Shown: positions 49,931 through 60,100, counted from the stretch's first letter. The stretch: DNA of 64,000 bases from an uncultured Amphritea sp. (GCF_937127095.1 NZ_CAKZLP010000059.1:1128-65127), one strand, 5' to 3'. Notes: generated by a model from the sequence alone, not told the origin. Translations and numbers: made by a program.

Positions 49931-50555
49931 AATTATGAACTTATTACTTAATTATAGAAAAATGCTCGCGTTTATTGATCCCAAGGTTCATGAGTTCGCT
50001 TCTGCCGGTAGTCAAAGAAGTGCGGTTGCTGGTGCGCTGTATGATGTAGCTAATGAGCACGCGAAAGGCATCTGTCTCTTGTTTGAAGGACACTGCAGCG
50101 CTTCGGGTTTTGCTTTGTTGAGGATCTTATTCGAAACTTATATTAGGGCAAGTTGGCTATTACATTGTGCGACAGAGAAGGAATTCGAAACTTTTATAGA
50201 GAAAGACAAGATTCAACTCGAAGGTAGCAGCAAGCGTCTTACGTTTGCCGCTATGGTTAAAGCGGTCGAAGCAACTAGAAAGTGGCCGAGTACTCTGACT
50301 GATATTAGGGCTGAAACATGGAGTGCTTTTAATAGCTATACCCATGGGGGGCAGTTACAAGTAACAAGAAGATATGATGGTGTCACTATTCAGCCGCATC
50401 ACAACCCACAGCAAGAAGAAGAAACAATCCAGTTTTCCGCGATGATTCTGTTTTTGACCTTCTGCGAAATAGCTGAAATGTCAGATAGTGATGAATTGAA
50501 TCACCATGTTGCAGAGCTTTATGACATGATAAGCCCTTGGTGCTTCAAGAGTTAG
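49920..50555 (+). CDS. DUF6988/DUF5677-like, possibly HEPN-fold protein
   Basis: ALLRILFETYIRASWL and WSAFNSYTHGG; overlaps the recombinase 2 stop. Confidence 0.55.
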   Translation: MYFKIMNLLLNYRKMLAFIDPKVHEFASAGSQRSAVAGALYDVANEHAKGICLLFEGHCSASGFALLRILFETYIRASWLLHCATEKEFETFIEKDKIQLEGSSKRLTFAAMVKAVEATRKWPSTLTDIRAETWSAFNSYTHGGQLQVTRRYDGVTIQPHHNPQQEEETIQFSAMILFLTFCEIAEMSDSDELNHHVAELYDMISPWCFKS

Positions 50556-50602
50556 TTTGACGACGCAATTTTAAAACTTTAATTAACTGCTGAGTGCCGG
50601 AA

Positions 50603-50624
50603 ACTGACACTAAGGTCTGACACT
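50603..50624 (+). promoter_or_regulatory. Two integrase arm-type repeats (right end)
   Basis: ACTGACACT (50603) and TCTGACACT (50616), 13 bp apart, same motif and spacing as the left end. Confidence 0.7.
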
Positions 50625-50686
50625 ATTGATAATAATGATTCGCTGGAACGCCATAGGGCGCGTTATACGGGGCGTTTGTAAAACTT

Positions 50687-50773
50687 TGGTACCAGTGGCC
50701 GGACTCGAACCGGCACGCTTTTAAGGGCGGGGGATTTTGAATCCCCTATGTCTACCAATTCCATCACACTGGC
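50687..50773 (-). tRNA. tRNA-Leu(CAA), 87 nt, CCA encoded
   Basis: GCCAGTG acceptor, D-loop GGAATTGGTAGAC, anticodon arm GGGGA-TTCAAAA-TCCCC, long variable arm, GCCGG-TTCGAGT-CCGGC, ACCA. Confidence 0.96.
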
Positions 50774-50788
50774 ACAAACGTGGAGCGT

Positions 50789-50816
50789 ATTATACGTCTC
50801 GTTTTCGGCCGGTCAA
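50789..50816 (-). promoter_or_regulatory. Sigma70 promoter of tRNA-Leu
   Basis: TTGACC-N16-TATAAT on the minus strand, followed by a GC-rich discriminator. Confidence 0.8.
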
Positions 50817-50895
50817 TGCGATTAGTGAAATATCTTTGAAATCGTTGCGTCACAGCCTCTTCATTCAAGCAGGAGGCTGCGACAAAGCCCTGATT

Positions 50896-51669
50896 TCAAC
50901 GTTCGACAAAGGCCCGTTCAATCACATAGTGTCCCGCATCGCCGTGGCGGGCTTCTTCAAAGCCCATTTGATCCAGCAGGCGGGTGGTGTCTTTGAGCAT
51001 ACTGGGGCTGCCGCAGATCATAAACCGGTCATTCTCAAGGCTCAGGTCGGGCAGGCCCAGATCCCGGGTGAGTTTGCCGGTGGCGATCAGGTCGGTCAGC
51101 CGGCCCTGATTGCGGAACGGTTCGCGGGTGACGGTGGGGTAGTACAGCAGCTTGTCGCTGACCATATCACCGAAGTATTCGTTGCTGGGCAGGTGCTCCT
51201 GAATCACATCGGCATAGGCCAGCTCTGACAGCTGACGAACCCCGTGGGTGAGAATCACTTTGTCATATTGTTCATAAATTTCCGGATCTTTAATGATGCT
51301 CATAAACGGCGCCAGGCCGGTGCCGGTGCTGATCAGGTAGAGATGCTTGCCTGGCAGCAGATGATCATTGATCAGGGTGCCAGTGGGCTTGCGGCTGATG
51401 AGAATCTGGTCGCCGACCTGAATGCTCTGCAGTTTAGAGGTCAGCGGGCCGTCCTGGACCTTGATGCTGAAGAATTCCAGCTGATCTTCGTGATTGGCGC
51501 TGGCAATGCTATAAGCGCGCATCAATGGGCGGCCTTCATGTTCCAGACCGATCATGGTGAAGTGACCGTTTTTGAAACGGAAGCCGGGGTCTCTGCTGGT
51601 GGTAAAACTGAACAGAGTATCGTTCCAGTGATGTACGCTGAGCACCTCTTCACGACCGATGTTTGACAT
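50896..51669 (-). CDS. fpr: Ferredoxin-NADP+ reductase
   Basis: RAYSIAS, GPLTSKL, TGTGLAPF, MICGSP, IERAFVER. Confidence 0.95.
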   Translation of the reverse strand: MSNIGREEVLSVHHWNDTLFSFTTSRDPGFRFKNGHFTMIGLEHEGRPLMRAYSIASANHEDQLEFFSIKVQDGPLTSKLQSIQVGDQILISRKPTGTLINDHLLPGKHLYLISTGTGLAPFMSIIKDPEIYEQYDKVILTHGVRQLSELAYADVIQEHLPSNEYFGDMVSDKLLYYPTVTREPFRNQGRLTDLIATGKLTRDLGLPDLSLENDRFMICGSPSMLKDTTRLLDQMGFEEARHGDAGHYVIERAFVER

Positions 51670-51814
51670 GGACCTACCTCACACTTATTCGACTGATAAC
51701 ACTGTTGATTCAGGTTATAAAAAAGGGGTTATCTATTTCCTGAGTGCATAGTAGATCGCTCTGCTATATTGTTAAAGACGATTATTATGGTAACAGTTAT
51801 CGGAAAAACAGGTT

Positions 51815-52693
51815 ATGAAGTATAGCTTACGGCAGTTAGAGGTGTTTCTGGCGGTCGCCCATTTCGACAATATCTCCCGCGCGGCGGAGAGTTTGTCGAT
51901 GTCGCAATCGGCGGCCAGTGGGGCATTGCGTGATCTTGAGTCACAGTTTGATATCCAGTTGTTTGACAGGGTGGGTAAGCGGCTGAAGATCAATGAGCTG
52001 GGGCGATTGCTGCGTCCCCGGGCGGAAGCGTTGTTAGAACGGGCCCGCAGTCTGGAACAGGATATGGCGCAGCATGAGGCGGTGGGGCAGTTGAAGATCG
52101 GTGCCACCATGACCATCGGCAACTATCTGGCGGTGGGGCTGATCGCCCGTTACCTGGACGAGCAACCCCGGGCTAAGCTGGACCTTCAGGTGGCCAACAC
52201 CTCGGCCATCGCCGCCCGGCTGGTCAATTTTGATCTGGATATCGGACTGGTGGAAGGTGAGGTGCAACACCCTGATCTGGAGGTGATTCCCTGGCTGAGT
52301 GACCGGCTGGAGGTGTTCTGTGCCCCGGGTCATCCGCTGACGCAGAAACTTCAGCTGAGTGATACCGATCTGCTCTCGGCGCGGTGGATATTGCGTGAGC
52401 AGGGCTCCGGCACCCGGCAGGCGTTTGACTGGGCGCTGCATGGTTTATTGCCCAACCTGAATGTGTTGCTGGAACTTGAGCACGCAGAGGGGATTAAACA
52501 GACGGTGGCGCAGGGGTTGGGAATCGGCTGTTTATCGCGGATCGCGTTACAAGAGTCGTTTGAGCTGGAAACCCTGGTGCCCTTGCGGGTCGCCGGACGT
52601 GATTTCAGTCGCCAGCTGTATTTGGTGATCAACAAACATAAGTATCGCAGTGCGGGGATCGAACGCTGGATCGAGTTGTGTCATCAGACCTGA
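51815..52693 (+). CDS. finR: LysR regulator divergent from fpr (FinR-like)
   Basis: ENISRA-like DNISRAAESLSMSQSAAS; LREQGSGTR; synteny with fpr. Confidence 0.8.
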   Translation: MKYSLRQLEVFLAVAHFDNISRAAESLSMSQSAASGALRDLESQFDIQLFDRVGKRLKINELGRLLRPRAEALLERARSLEQDMAQHEAVGQLKIGATMTIGNYLAVGLIARYLDEQPRAKLDLQVANTSAIAARLVNFDLDIGLVEGEVQHPDLEVIPWLSDRLEVFCAPGHPLTQKLQLSDTDLLSARWILREQGSGTRQAFDWALHGLLPNLNVLLELEHAEGIKQTVAQGLGIGCLSRIALQESFELETLVPLRVAGRDFSRQLYLVINKHKYRSAGIERWIELCHQT

Positions 52694-52725
52694 TGCTTGC
52701 TTGATGAGGCTCGATTAAAGAGTTC

Positions 52726-52762
52726 TTACAATAAAGGGTTTGGATTTTACAAATTTCTTACA
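52726..52762 (+). promoter_or_regulatory. TTACA direct repeats, candidate OmpR/PhoB-family box
   Basis: TTACA at 52726, 52747 and 52758 (21- and 11-bp spacing) upstream of the VWA gene. Confidence 0.45.
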
Positions 52763-52855
52763 AAATCGATAACCTGATCTGACTTTTCTCTGTCTGACTG
52801 AGCGTAGAGTCAATACAACGGTGGAAGGGCTCCACTATACTCTCAACTCAGGAAT

Positions 52856-54208
52856 ATGATCATGAACTCTCAATCTGACAACTATATGCTAAGACGAACG
52901 TTGCAATCATTCGGATTGTTTTTACTGAGCCTGTTGCCGCTGCTGGCCCAGGCGAATCAGGTGAATCTGAATATTAATCTGGCCACTCCGGTGATGGAAG
53001 CCGGGCAAAGTCACCGGGCGTTTATTAAAGTATCGCTGGAAGGCTTTAAACAGCAGGATAAACAAGCCCGGATACCGGCCAATGTGGCGATTGTATTGGA
53101 TAAGTCGGGCTCCATGGGCGGCGATAAAATTCAGTATGCCCGCGAAGCCGCTATCATGGCGATTAAGCGACTTGATGAGCGGGATACCGTCTCGGTGGTG
53201 AGTTACGATTCACAGGTGCAGGTGGTGGTGCCAGCGACCGAAGTGCATAACCAACAGGCTATTTATGCTGCGATCCGTAATATTCAGGCGGATGGCAATA
53301 CCGCGCTGTTTGCCGGCGTGAGTAAAGGGGCAAATGAACTGCGCACGTTTCTCAGCCGGAACCGGGTAAACCGGGTTATTTTGCTCTCCGACGGTTTGGC
53401 CAATGTTGGCCCGCAGTCGGCGTCTGAACTGGGGGAGCTGGGGGCTTCGCTGGCGAAAGAGGGGATCAGTGTCACCACGATAGGTCTGGGCCTTGGTTAT
53501 AACGAAGACCTGATGACCCGTTTGGCGGGTTACAGCGATGGTAATCACGCGTTTGTCGAAAACGCTGAAGATCTGGCGTCTGTATTTCAGTATGAGTTTG
53601 GTGATGTACTCTCCGTGGTGGCCCAGGGGGTCAATATTGAGATTCGTTGTCGCAACGGTGTAAAGCCGATTCGGCTGTTGGGACGTGAGAGCGAGATTAT
53701 TGGCGACCGGGTGACAACCCGCCTGAATCAGTTGTATAGCGAGCAGGAAAAGTTCGTTATTCTTGAGGTCGAAGTTCCGCAACAGCAGGCTGAAACGGAG
53801 CTTGAACTGGTGGCGGTGCAGGTGCACTACGATAATCTGTTCACCCAGAGCGAGGAGCAGTTATCCGGCCAGAGTATCGCCCGTTTCAGTGGTTCAAAGC
53901 AGGAAGTGAAGGCCGCCCGGGATGATAAAACACTGGAAGCGGCGGTTGAGCAGGTGGCTAATGAATATAGTCGTGATGCGATTAAAGCACGGGATAGCGG
54001 TGATCTGGAAGGAGCTAAAAAGATCCTTCAGGATAGTGCATCCTATCTGGGTTCTCAGGCGGAGTCGCTGAACTCACCCAAGTTGCAGAAACAGGAAGCG
54101 GAAGCTCTGCAGGATGCCGACTCTCTGGAGCTTGAGCAGGACTGGAATAAACAACGTAAAGAGCTGAAGGCACGACAGTATAAGCGTGCCACCCAGCAGG
54201 CGTATTAA
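52856..54208 (+). CDS. Secreted von Willebrand factor A domain protein (YfbK-like)
   Basis: Signal peptide LLAQA; MIDAS DKSGSM, GNTAL, LLSDG. Confidence 0.85.
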   Translation: MIMNSQSDNYMLRRTLQSFGLFLLSLLPLLAQANQVNLNINLATPVMEAGQSHRAFIKVSLEGFKQQDKQARIPANVAIVLDKSGSMGGDKIQYAREAAIMAIKRLDERDTVSVVSYDSQVQVVVPATEVHNQQAIYAAIRNIQADGNTALFAGVSKGANELRTFLSRNRVNRVILLSDGLANVGPQSASELGELGASLAKEGISVTTIGLGLGYNEDLMTRLAGYSDGNHAFVENAEDLASVFQYEFGDVLSVVAQGVNIEIRCRNGVKPIRLLGRESEIIGDRVTTRLNQLYSEQEKFVILEVEVPQQQAETELELVAVQVHYDNLFTQSEEQLSGQSIARFSGSKQEVKAARDDKTLEAAVEQVANEYSRDAIKARDSGDLEGAKKILQDSASYLGSQAESLNSPKLQKQEAEALQDADSLELEQDWNKQRKELKARQYKRATQQAY

Positions 54209-54283
54209 TACACGTATAGCAACAGAGTGACCTGGGGATTGAACGTCAGCGTTTAATCCCCGCTCACACCACCGGAAGGATCT

Positions 54284-56065
54284 GTGAACAGACGAACACC
54301 CCTATTACTCGCCGTTATTATCGCTGTGCCGCTGTTATTGCTGGCCTGGTTTGGCGTGCGCTTGCAGCTGGACCAGCAGCAGGTTGTCGCTCACCAGTTA
54401 AGTAATCTGGCTACTGAACGGTTGCAGAGTATTGATGCTCAGTTTCAGGAACATTTTTTCCGCTTGCAGCAGCTTTTTATTCGCCAGACAGAAATATTGC
54501 AGCAGGAAACTGCAGGGCAATACCGGGTTGAAACGGTGCGCCGGTTTATCCAGCAGTCGGCTGCAGTAAAGCAGGTCTTTGTACTATCGCCCAGCGGCGA
54601 GCGTCTGTTTCCTCCATCAGACCAGCCGTTGAATCATCAGGAGCAGGAGTTTGTCGCGCTCACCCGTAATCTGCTGCGTGAACCTGAGCGTTTTACTATG
54701 CCGACACCGGATCCGGTAGGCGGGATAAACCAGAGATATTCCGGGGGGAGTAATGACACATTAAAGAGCGCCAGACTCAGTAGTCCGGTGGCGCAAAAAA
54801 ACCGCTACAGCTCGGATGTTGCCGTGCAGGGGTTATCTGAGTCTGCCGGGCTGAACGCGCCGGAACCACCCCATGGCTGGATTGCCTGGTACGCTGAAGT
54901 GGGGTTGCAACAGATTTTCTGGTTGCAGGATAGTGACGGCAATACCGTGGGTTTTGCACTGAACTCCGCGCGGTTGTTATCGGACCTGATCGATCTGCTG
55001 CCGTCCAGCACGGTTGCCGGTGTCGCGGCGGATGTGTCGATCGCGCCGCAGATGGATAGCGAGATCCGTCTGGTGAATGACCGGGGCGAAATTGCCTATA
55101 GCTGGGGCGGCGGACAGGTCGCTGAGAGTGGGCAGAAACCCTTGCAAACAGTACCGTTGAGTCACCCTTTGGCGAGCTGGCATCTGGCCTACTATACCTC
55201 TGAGCTACCGGTGGCCATCACTGGATGGCTGGGACTGATCGTTTTGTTAGTGTTGCTGGCTGCGGGTTTATCGACGCTGGCTTACCTGTTGTATCGCGAA
55301 CATAACCGCGAACTGAGGCTGGCGGAACAACGGGTTAATTTTGTCAATCAGGTGTCTCATGAACTGAAAACACCGCTGACGAATGTGCGTTTATATACCG
55401 AGATGTTAGAGCAGGAACTGCCCGAGGATGAGCCGGTAGCGCAACGTTATCTGGGGGTGATCAGCAGTGAGGCGGGGCGGTTGTCCCGACTGATTGAGAA
55501 TGTGCTGAGTTTTTCACGATCGAAACGTGAGGGTGTCAGTGTCAGATATCAGCAAGGGGTTATCGATAACTGTATTGGTCAGGTGGTGGAACTGTTTACG
55601 CCGGTCTTAAGTGCGCGGGCATTAAGTATCCGCTTTACCGCTGAAGCTAAGCAACTATGTTATTTTGACGGTGAAGCGCTGGAGCAGATTCTGAATAATC
55701 TGCTGAGCAACTGTGAAAAATATGCTTCAGAGGGGCGTTTCGTTGATATCAGTAGCTGGCAAGAGGAGCGGTCGGGTTGTTTGCAGAGTTATATCCGGGT
55801 GCGGGACTATGGCCCCGGTATCCCGATGAATGACGCAGACAAAGTGTTTGAGCCTTTTTACCGTGGCAGTGAGAAACTGACAGACGGCGTCAGTGGTACC
55901 GGTATCGGGTTGGGGTTGGCGCGTGACCTGGCTCGGGCGCATCGAGGCGATCTGGCTGTGGAGTCGTGTCCCTCGTCAGAGGCGTCTGGCTCCAGCTTTT
56001 TACTGACGCTGGTAACCCCCGTTGTTATCTCCGCTGAAGAGCTGGACAACAAGCCCGATTATTAG
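54284..56065 (+). CDS. Sensor histidine kinase
   Basis: VSHELKTPL, NLLSNCEKY, DYGPGI, GTGIGLGL. Confidence 0.92.
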   Translation: MNRRTPLLLAVIIAVPLLLLAWFGVRLQLDQQQVVAHQLSNLATERLQSIDAQFQEHFFRLQQLFIRQTEILQQETAGQYRVETVRRFIQQSAAVKQVFVLSPSGERLFPPSDQPLNHQEQEFVALTRNLLREPERFTMPTPDPVGGINQRYSGGSNDTLKSARLSSPVAQKNRYSSDVAVQGLSESAGLNAPEPPHGWIAWYAEVGLQQIFWLQDSDGNTVGFALNSARLLSDLIDLLPSSTVAGVAADVSIAPQMDSEIRLVNDRGEIAYSWGGGQVAESGQKPLQTVPLSHPLASWHLAYYTSELPVAITGWLGLIVLLVLLAAGLSTLAYLLYREHNRELRLAEQRVNFVNQVSHELKTPLTNVRLYTEMLEQELPEDEPVAQRYLGVISSEAGRLSRLIENVLSFSRSKREGVSVRYQQGVIDNCIGQVVELFTPVLSARALSIRFTAEAKQLCYFDGEALEQILNNLLSNCEKYASEGRFVDISSWQEERSGCLQSYIRVRDYGPGIPMNDADKVFEPFYRGSEKLTDGVSGTGIGLGLARDLARAHRGDLAVESCPSSEASGSSFLLTLVTPVVISAEELDNKPDY

Positions 56066-56077
56066 ACAGGAAGGGAT

Positions 56078-56764
56078 ATGAAACTGTTAATTGCTGAAGA
56101 TGATCTGCATATCCGCCAGGGACTGACGACCTTGCTGGAGTCTGAAGGGTATGAGTGTATAGCGGCGGCGGATGGTGATGAGGCCTGGGGGTTATATCAG
56201 CAGCATCTTCCGGATCTGGTGCTGCTGGATATCATGATGCCAAAGCAGGATGGCTATGCGGTGTGTCGACGTATTCGTCAGCATAGTGAAGTGCTGCCGG
56301 TGATCTTTATCAGCGCAAAATCGGAAGAGATCGATCAGGTGTTGGGGCTTGAATTAGGCGCTGATGATTACATCAAAAAACCCTTTGGCAGTCGTGAAGT
56401 GATCGCCCGGATACGAGCGGTGACACGACGCACTCTGCGTCCGCGAGCGAATATAGCTGAAGATGATAGTTTTGTTATGGATGACCTGCAGATCAAACCC
56501 TCTGAGTTTCGCGCGTTACGGGGTGATCAGGTGATTGAGTTAAGCCTGAGGGATGTGAAAATTCTGCGGCTGTTATTTGAACTGAAAGGCAAGGTGGTGG
56601 ACCGTGATGCGCTGTTCAACCACTGCTGGGGACGGGACTATTTTGCCAATAGCCGTACACTGGATCAGCATATATCCAAACTGCGCAAGGCGATTGAACG
56701 GAATGCCAGAGCGCCGCGCATCATCACCACGGTGCATGGCATCGGTTATCGCTTTGATGACTAG
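56078..56764 (+). CDS. OmpR-family response regulator
   Basis: IAEDD, LLDIMMPKQDG, GADDYIKKPF, TVHGIGYRF. Confidence 0.95.
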   Translation: MKLLIAEDDLHIRQGLTTLLESEGYECIAAADGDEAWGLYQQHLPDLVLLDIMMPKQDGYAVCRRIRQHSEVLPVIFISAKSEEIDQVLGLELGADDYIKKPFGSREVIARIRAVTRRTLRPRANIAEDDSFVMDDLQIKPSEFRALRGDQVIELSLRDVKILRLLFELKGKVVDRDALFNHCWGRDYFANSRTLDQHISKLRKAIERNARAPRIITTVHGIGYRFDD

Positions 56765-56775
56765 TAGGACGGGTT

Positions 56776-56807
56776 AAAGGAGGATCTGCACAGGCAGAGC
56801 CTCCTTT
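56776..56807. terminator. Bidirectional terminator between convergent genes
   Basis: AAAGGAGG(A)TCTGC-acag-GCAGA(G)CCTCCTTT. Confidence 0.7.
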
Positions 56808-56817
56808 ACTCAAGAAT

Positions 56818-57798
56818 TCAACTCTTTTCCTGCTGCGCCAGACGTTCCTGCAGTTTCAGTTCACGGCGTTTACTGCTGGTATCATTGGCATCGGCGCCCA
56901 GGTGAGCTTCACCGCGCTGCTCTGCCAGTTGCATCTGTTTCTGCCGTTCAATAAAACGCTCGCGCTGTTCATCGCTGAGGCGGTCATAGCAGTTCGGGCA
57001 GCTGATACCCGCCTGATATTGTTCGCTCTGCATCTGCTCAGCCGTCAGGGGCAGGCGGCAGGCGTGACACTGATCGTAGCTGCCTTTCTCTAGCTGATGA
57101 TTCACCGTCACCCGGTTATCAAACACAAAGCATTCTCCTTCCCATAGCGAATTGTCCTGGGGTACCTCTTCGAGATACTTGAGGATACCTCCCTCCAGGT
57201 GATAGACCTCATCAAAACCCTGCTCTTTCAGGTAGGCGGTGGATTTTTCACAGCGGATACCGCCGGTGCAGAACATCGCCACTTTACGGTTTTTCTCTGG
57301 ATCGAGATGCTCTTTCACATACTGAGGAAACTCGCGGAAGGTCTCGGTGTTCGGGTTAAGCGCTCCTTTAAAGGTGCCCACCTGAACCTCGTAATCATTA
57401 CGGGTATCCACCAGAACCACCTCCGGGTCTGAGATCAGCGCGTTCCAGTCCTGGGGTTTAACATAGGTGCCGACCACCCGTTTCGGGTCGATCCCCTCTA
57501 CGCCCATGGTGACGATCTCTTTTTTCAGCTTTACCTTAGTGCGGTGGAAGGGGTTGCTGTCATCTATCGATTCTTTATAGACGATATCGGCCAGCCGGGG
57601 ATCACTTTGCAACCAGTTTAGCAGGGCATCAATCCCTGCACGGCTGGCGGCGACGGTGCCGTTAATCCCTTCGCTGGCGAGTAGCAGGGTGCCGCGTACG
57701 TCGTTATCGAGCATGACTTTGTGTAGCGGTTCACGCAGGGTTGCAAAATCTTCAAGTGCGACAAATTTATACATCGCGCAGACAATCGTCTGTGACAT
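56818..57798 (-). CDS. trhO: Rhodanese-domain tRNA uridine(34) hydroxylase (YceA family)
   Basis: [41 protein letters not shown]. Confidence 0.93.
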   Translation of the reverse strand: MSQTIVCAMYKFVALEDFATLREPLHKVMLDNDVRGTLLLASEGINGTVAASRAGIDALLNWLQSDPRLADIVYKESIDDSNPFHRTKVKLKKEIVTMGVEGIDPKRVVGTYVKPQDWNALISDPEVVLVDTRNDYEVQVGTFKGALNPNTETFREFPQYVKEHLDPEKNRKVAMFCTGGIRCEKSTAYLKEQGFDEVYHLEGGILKYLEEVPQDNSLWEGECFVFDNRVTVNHQLEKGSYDQCHACRLPLTAEQMQSEQYQAGISCPNCYDRLSDEQRERFIERQKQMQLAEQRGEAHLGADANDTSSKRRELKLQERLAQQEKS

Positions 57799-58166
57799 GG
57801 GTTCTCCTCAGCCGGTCGGAACGTAAATCCGGAGCCTTTGGTGTAGTAAAACAGGGTTGATTGAATAAGGGGCGCCATTGTACCCGCATCCGCGGCTGAT
57901 GAAGACGGACAAAAAGTAGGTGTTACTGATTGGCTTTTAGCTCCCGTCTGGATGGTGATTAACAAATGGCGATTAACGAGTGACTGCGGTGGGGATGGGC
58001 ATCCGTTGCTTTGGTTGAGCGAAAGGCGGCGCAGTTAATATGTGACTCATTTCTCTGGGATAGTCGCGTTTTGCGTGTTTATGCGCTTAGATATACAGGA
58101 CAAGGATGAAATAAAAAAAGAACAGGGAAGGAGTTCGTCGGATTTTCTCAGCTTGAGGACCCATAT

Positions 58167-59255
58167 ATGCAAAGTTTCACTAAAACGCCGGTTGGCGGTT
58201 ATGTTAGTTCATTGGTCATCCTGAGCGGTGTATTAAGTACGATGTTAAGCGGCGCGGTACAGGCTGCAAATGAGACGCTGACCAGCGTCAAAACCGATAC
58301 GACGATTACCCTGGATGGCATGGCAGAAACTGCCTGGGATAACGCCTCAGCACTGAGTATACGGCTCGATAATATGCCCTATAAAGCCGACAACTATGGC
58401 GGTATGACCAGCACCAGCGTGAAGTTGAAGTCTCTTCACGATGAGAACTTCATCTATTTTCTGATTCAGTATGATGATCCGACTAAAAGTCTGGCCCGTC
58501 ACCCCTGGGAAAAACAAGCCGATGGTAGCTGGAAGCAGTTGAAAGATAAGGATCAGACCGGCCACGATAATGTGTACTATGAAGATAAGCTGGCGCTTTT
58601 CTGGGATATAAATGCCCGGGGATTTGCCAAGAAAGGTTGTGATGTTGCCTGCCATATGCAGGATGATGACGGTAAAATTAATGGGTTTGATCAGAAGGGC
58701 AAAGCCCCGGGGCGTAAATATACCCGCGAAGGTCAGACGATCGATATGTGGCACTGGAAAAGTGTCCGTATGAATCCATTGGGGCTGATTGATGATCAGT
58801 ATGTCGACAGCGTAAATGATCCTGCAGTCAATAGTAACTGGGGCCGGCATGGCGACACTAAAACCGGCGGTGGCTATGTTGATAACGTTAATGCTGAGAA
58901 AACCGGGCCTGCCTTTATGAATCGAACTCAGGGCAGTGTTGATGGTTATACCATTACACCGTCACAGAAAACCCCGTTTGTGGATACCTTTAAACCGGGT
59001 GATCAGCTACCGGGCATCATGGCTGAAGCGTTCACCGGTTCACGGGGCGATATCTGGTCAAAAGGTGAGTGGAAGGATGGCAAGTGGACGATCGAGATTA
59101 AACGGTCTCTGGTGACCAGTGGTGACAAGGCTGAGATTCAGGATGTGCAGTTCAGTGACCTGAGTAAAACCTACAACTTCGGTATCTCGGTGTTTGATAA
59201 CTCGCAGATTAATCATCTTTATCATGAAGGCGCCTATGATCTGATCTTTAAGTAA
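58167..59255 (+). CDS. Periplasmic ethylbenzene-dehydrogenase-gamma/DOMON-like heme protein with a CX3CH motif
   Basis: Signal peptide AVQA; YYEDKLALFWD, GCDVACH, DMWHWKSVR, WTIEIKRSL, FGISVFDN. Confidence 0.7.
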   Translation: MQSFTKTPVGGYVSSLVILSGVLSTMLSGAVQAANETLTSVKTDTTITLDGMAETAWDNASALSIRLDNMPYKADNYGGMTSTSVKLKSLHDENFIYFLIQYDDPTKSLARHPWEKQADGSWKQLKDKDQTGHDNVYYEDKLALFWDINARGFAKKGCDVACHMQDDDGKINGFDQKGKAPGRKYTREGQTIDMWHWKSVRMNPLGLIDDQYVDSVNDPAVNSNWGRHGDTKTGGGYVDNVNAEKTGPAFMNRTQGSVDGYTITPSQKTPFVDTFKPGDQLPGIMAEAFTGSRGDIWSKGEWKDGKWTIEIKRSLVTSGDKAEIQDVQFSDLSKTYNFGISVFDNSQINHLYHEGAYDLIFK

Positions 59256-59356
59256 CGAACGCGTTATGACCGCTGATGTTTAAATAAATGAAAGCGCTTT
59301 TCCTCAGTATGGGAGAGCGTTTTGCTGTCAGATGCTGTTATTTTTTAGGATGATCT

Positions 59357-60100
59357 ATGCGCATCAATACATTCAATTTTTCTGCAAAACTTGGGCTGTC
59401 CGGGTTTCTGATTACCGTTATTTTGGGGGCGCTTAGTGCAGTCACCCTGATCGGTTTACTCTATTCGCAGCATGACCGGGGCTTTAATATTCCGGAAATG
59501 GACAGGGTGCAGTCACACTACAATGATTCGCAGCTGATCTCGGCGATGAAAGGAACGATGTACCAATATGTCACCGAGGATGGTGATATTGATATCATCG
59601 CAAAATGGATAGCCGATGGCGCCAAAGATGATGACTTCTTCAAAGATGAAGTGATGTATATCATTGGGGAAGACTGTCAGAAATGCCATAGCCGCAACTC
59701 GCAGATGAGTAATGCGATGCCGTCGATGCCGTTCAGCAGCTACGAGGATATTGTGCAATATACTGAAGGTGGGTATAGCTGGACGAAGATGGCAAAAACA
59801 GCGCATATCCATCTGTTTGGTATCTCTGTATTTTTGGTGATCGTGTCGCTGATCATGGCTCACAGCAGCTATCGGTCATGGATAAAAACCCTGTTGATCT
59901 CGGCAGCCTGGATTTCGTTGTGGCTGGATATCGGCTCCTGGTGGCTGGCTAAATTCTACAGCGGTTTTGCCTATGTTATATCGGTGGCGGGCGGCGTTGA
60001 AATTGGTGCAATTTGTGCCATGAGTGGGCTCTGCCTGTTGAATCTGTGGTTCAGGTTACCCGCGGTGGTGCTGGAACCTTCTGACCATCCACCTCAGTGA
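59357..60100 (+). CDS. Membrane protein with one c-type heme motif
   Basis: N-terminal TM, periplasmic CQKCH, then AHIHLFG and three further TMs. Confidence 0.7.
   Translation: MRINTFNFSAKLGLSGFLITVILGALSAVTLIGLLYSQHDRGFNIPEMDRVQSHYNDSQLISAMKGTMYQYVTEDGDIDIIAKWIADGAKDDDFFKDEVMYIIGEDCQKCHSRNSQMSNAMPSMPFSSYEDIVQYTEGGYSWTKMAKTAHIHLFGISVFLVIVSLIMAHSSYRSWIKTLLISAAWISLWLDIGSWWLAKFYSGFAYVISVAGGVEIGAICAMSGLCLLNLWFRLPAVVLEPSDHPPQ

Larger units (their letters stand above)
37416..50703. mobile_element. 13.3-kb integrative element (defence island) in tRNA-Leu(CAA)
   Basis: 17-bp att repeats, tyrosine integrase next to one att, paired CTGACAC arm repeats at both ends, IHF site; R-M cargo; no conjugation or phage structural genes. 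Confidence 0.9.

Noticed and set aside
37416-50703. Prophage, phage satellite or ICE
   Set aside because: No capsid, terminase, primase, AlpA, relaxase or T4SS genes; called a minimal integrative element
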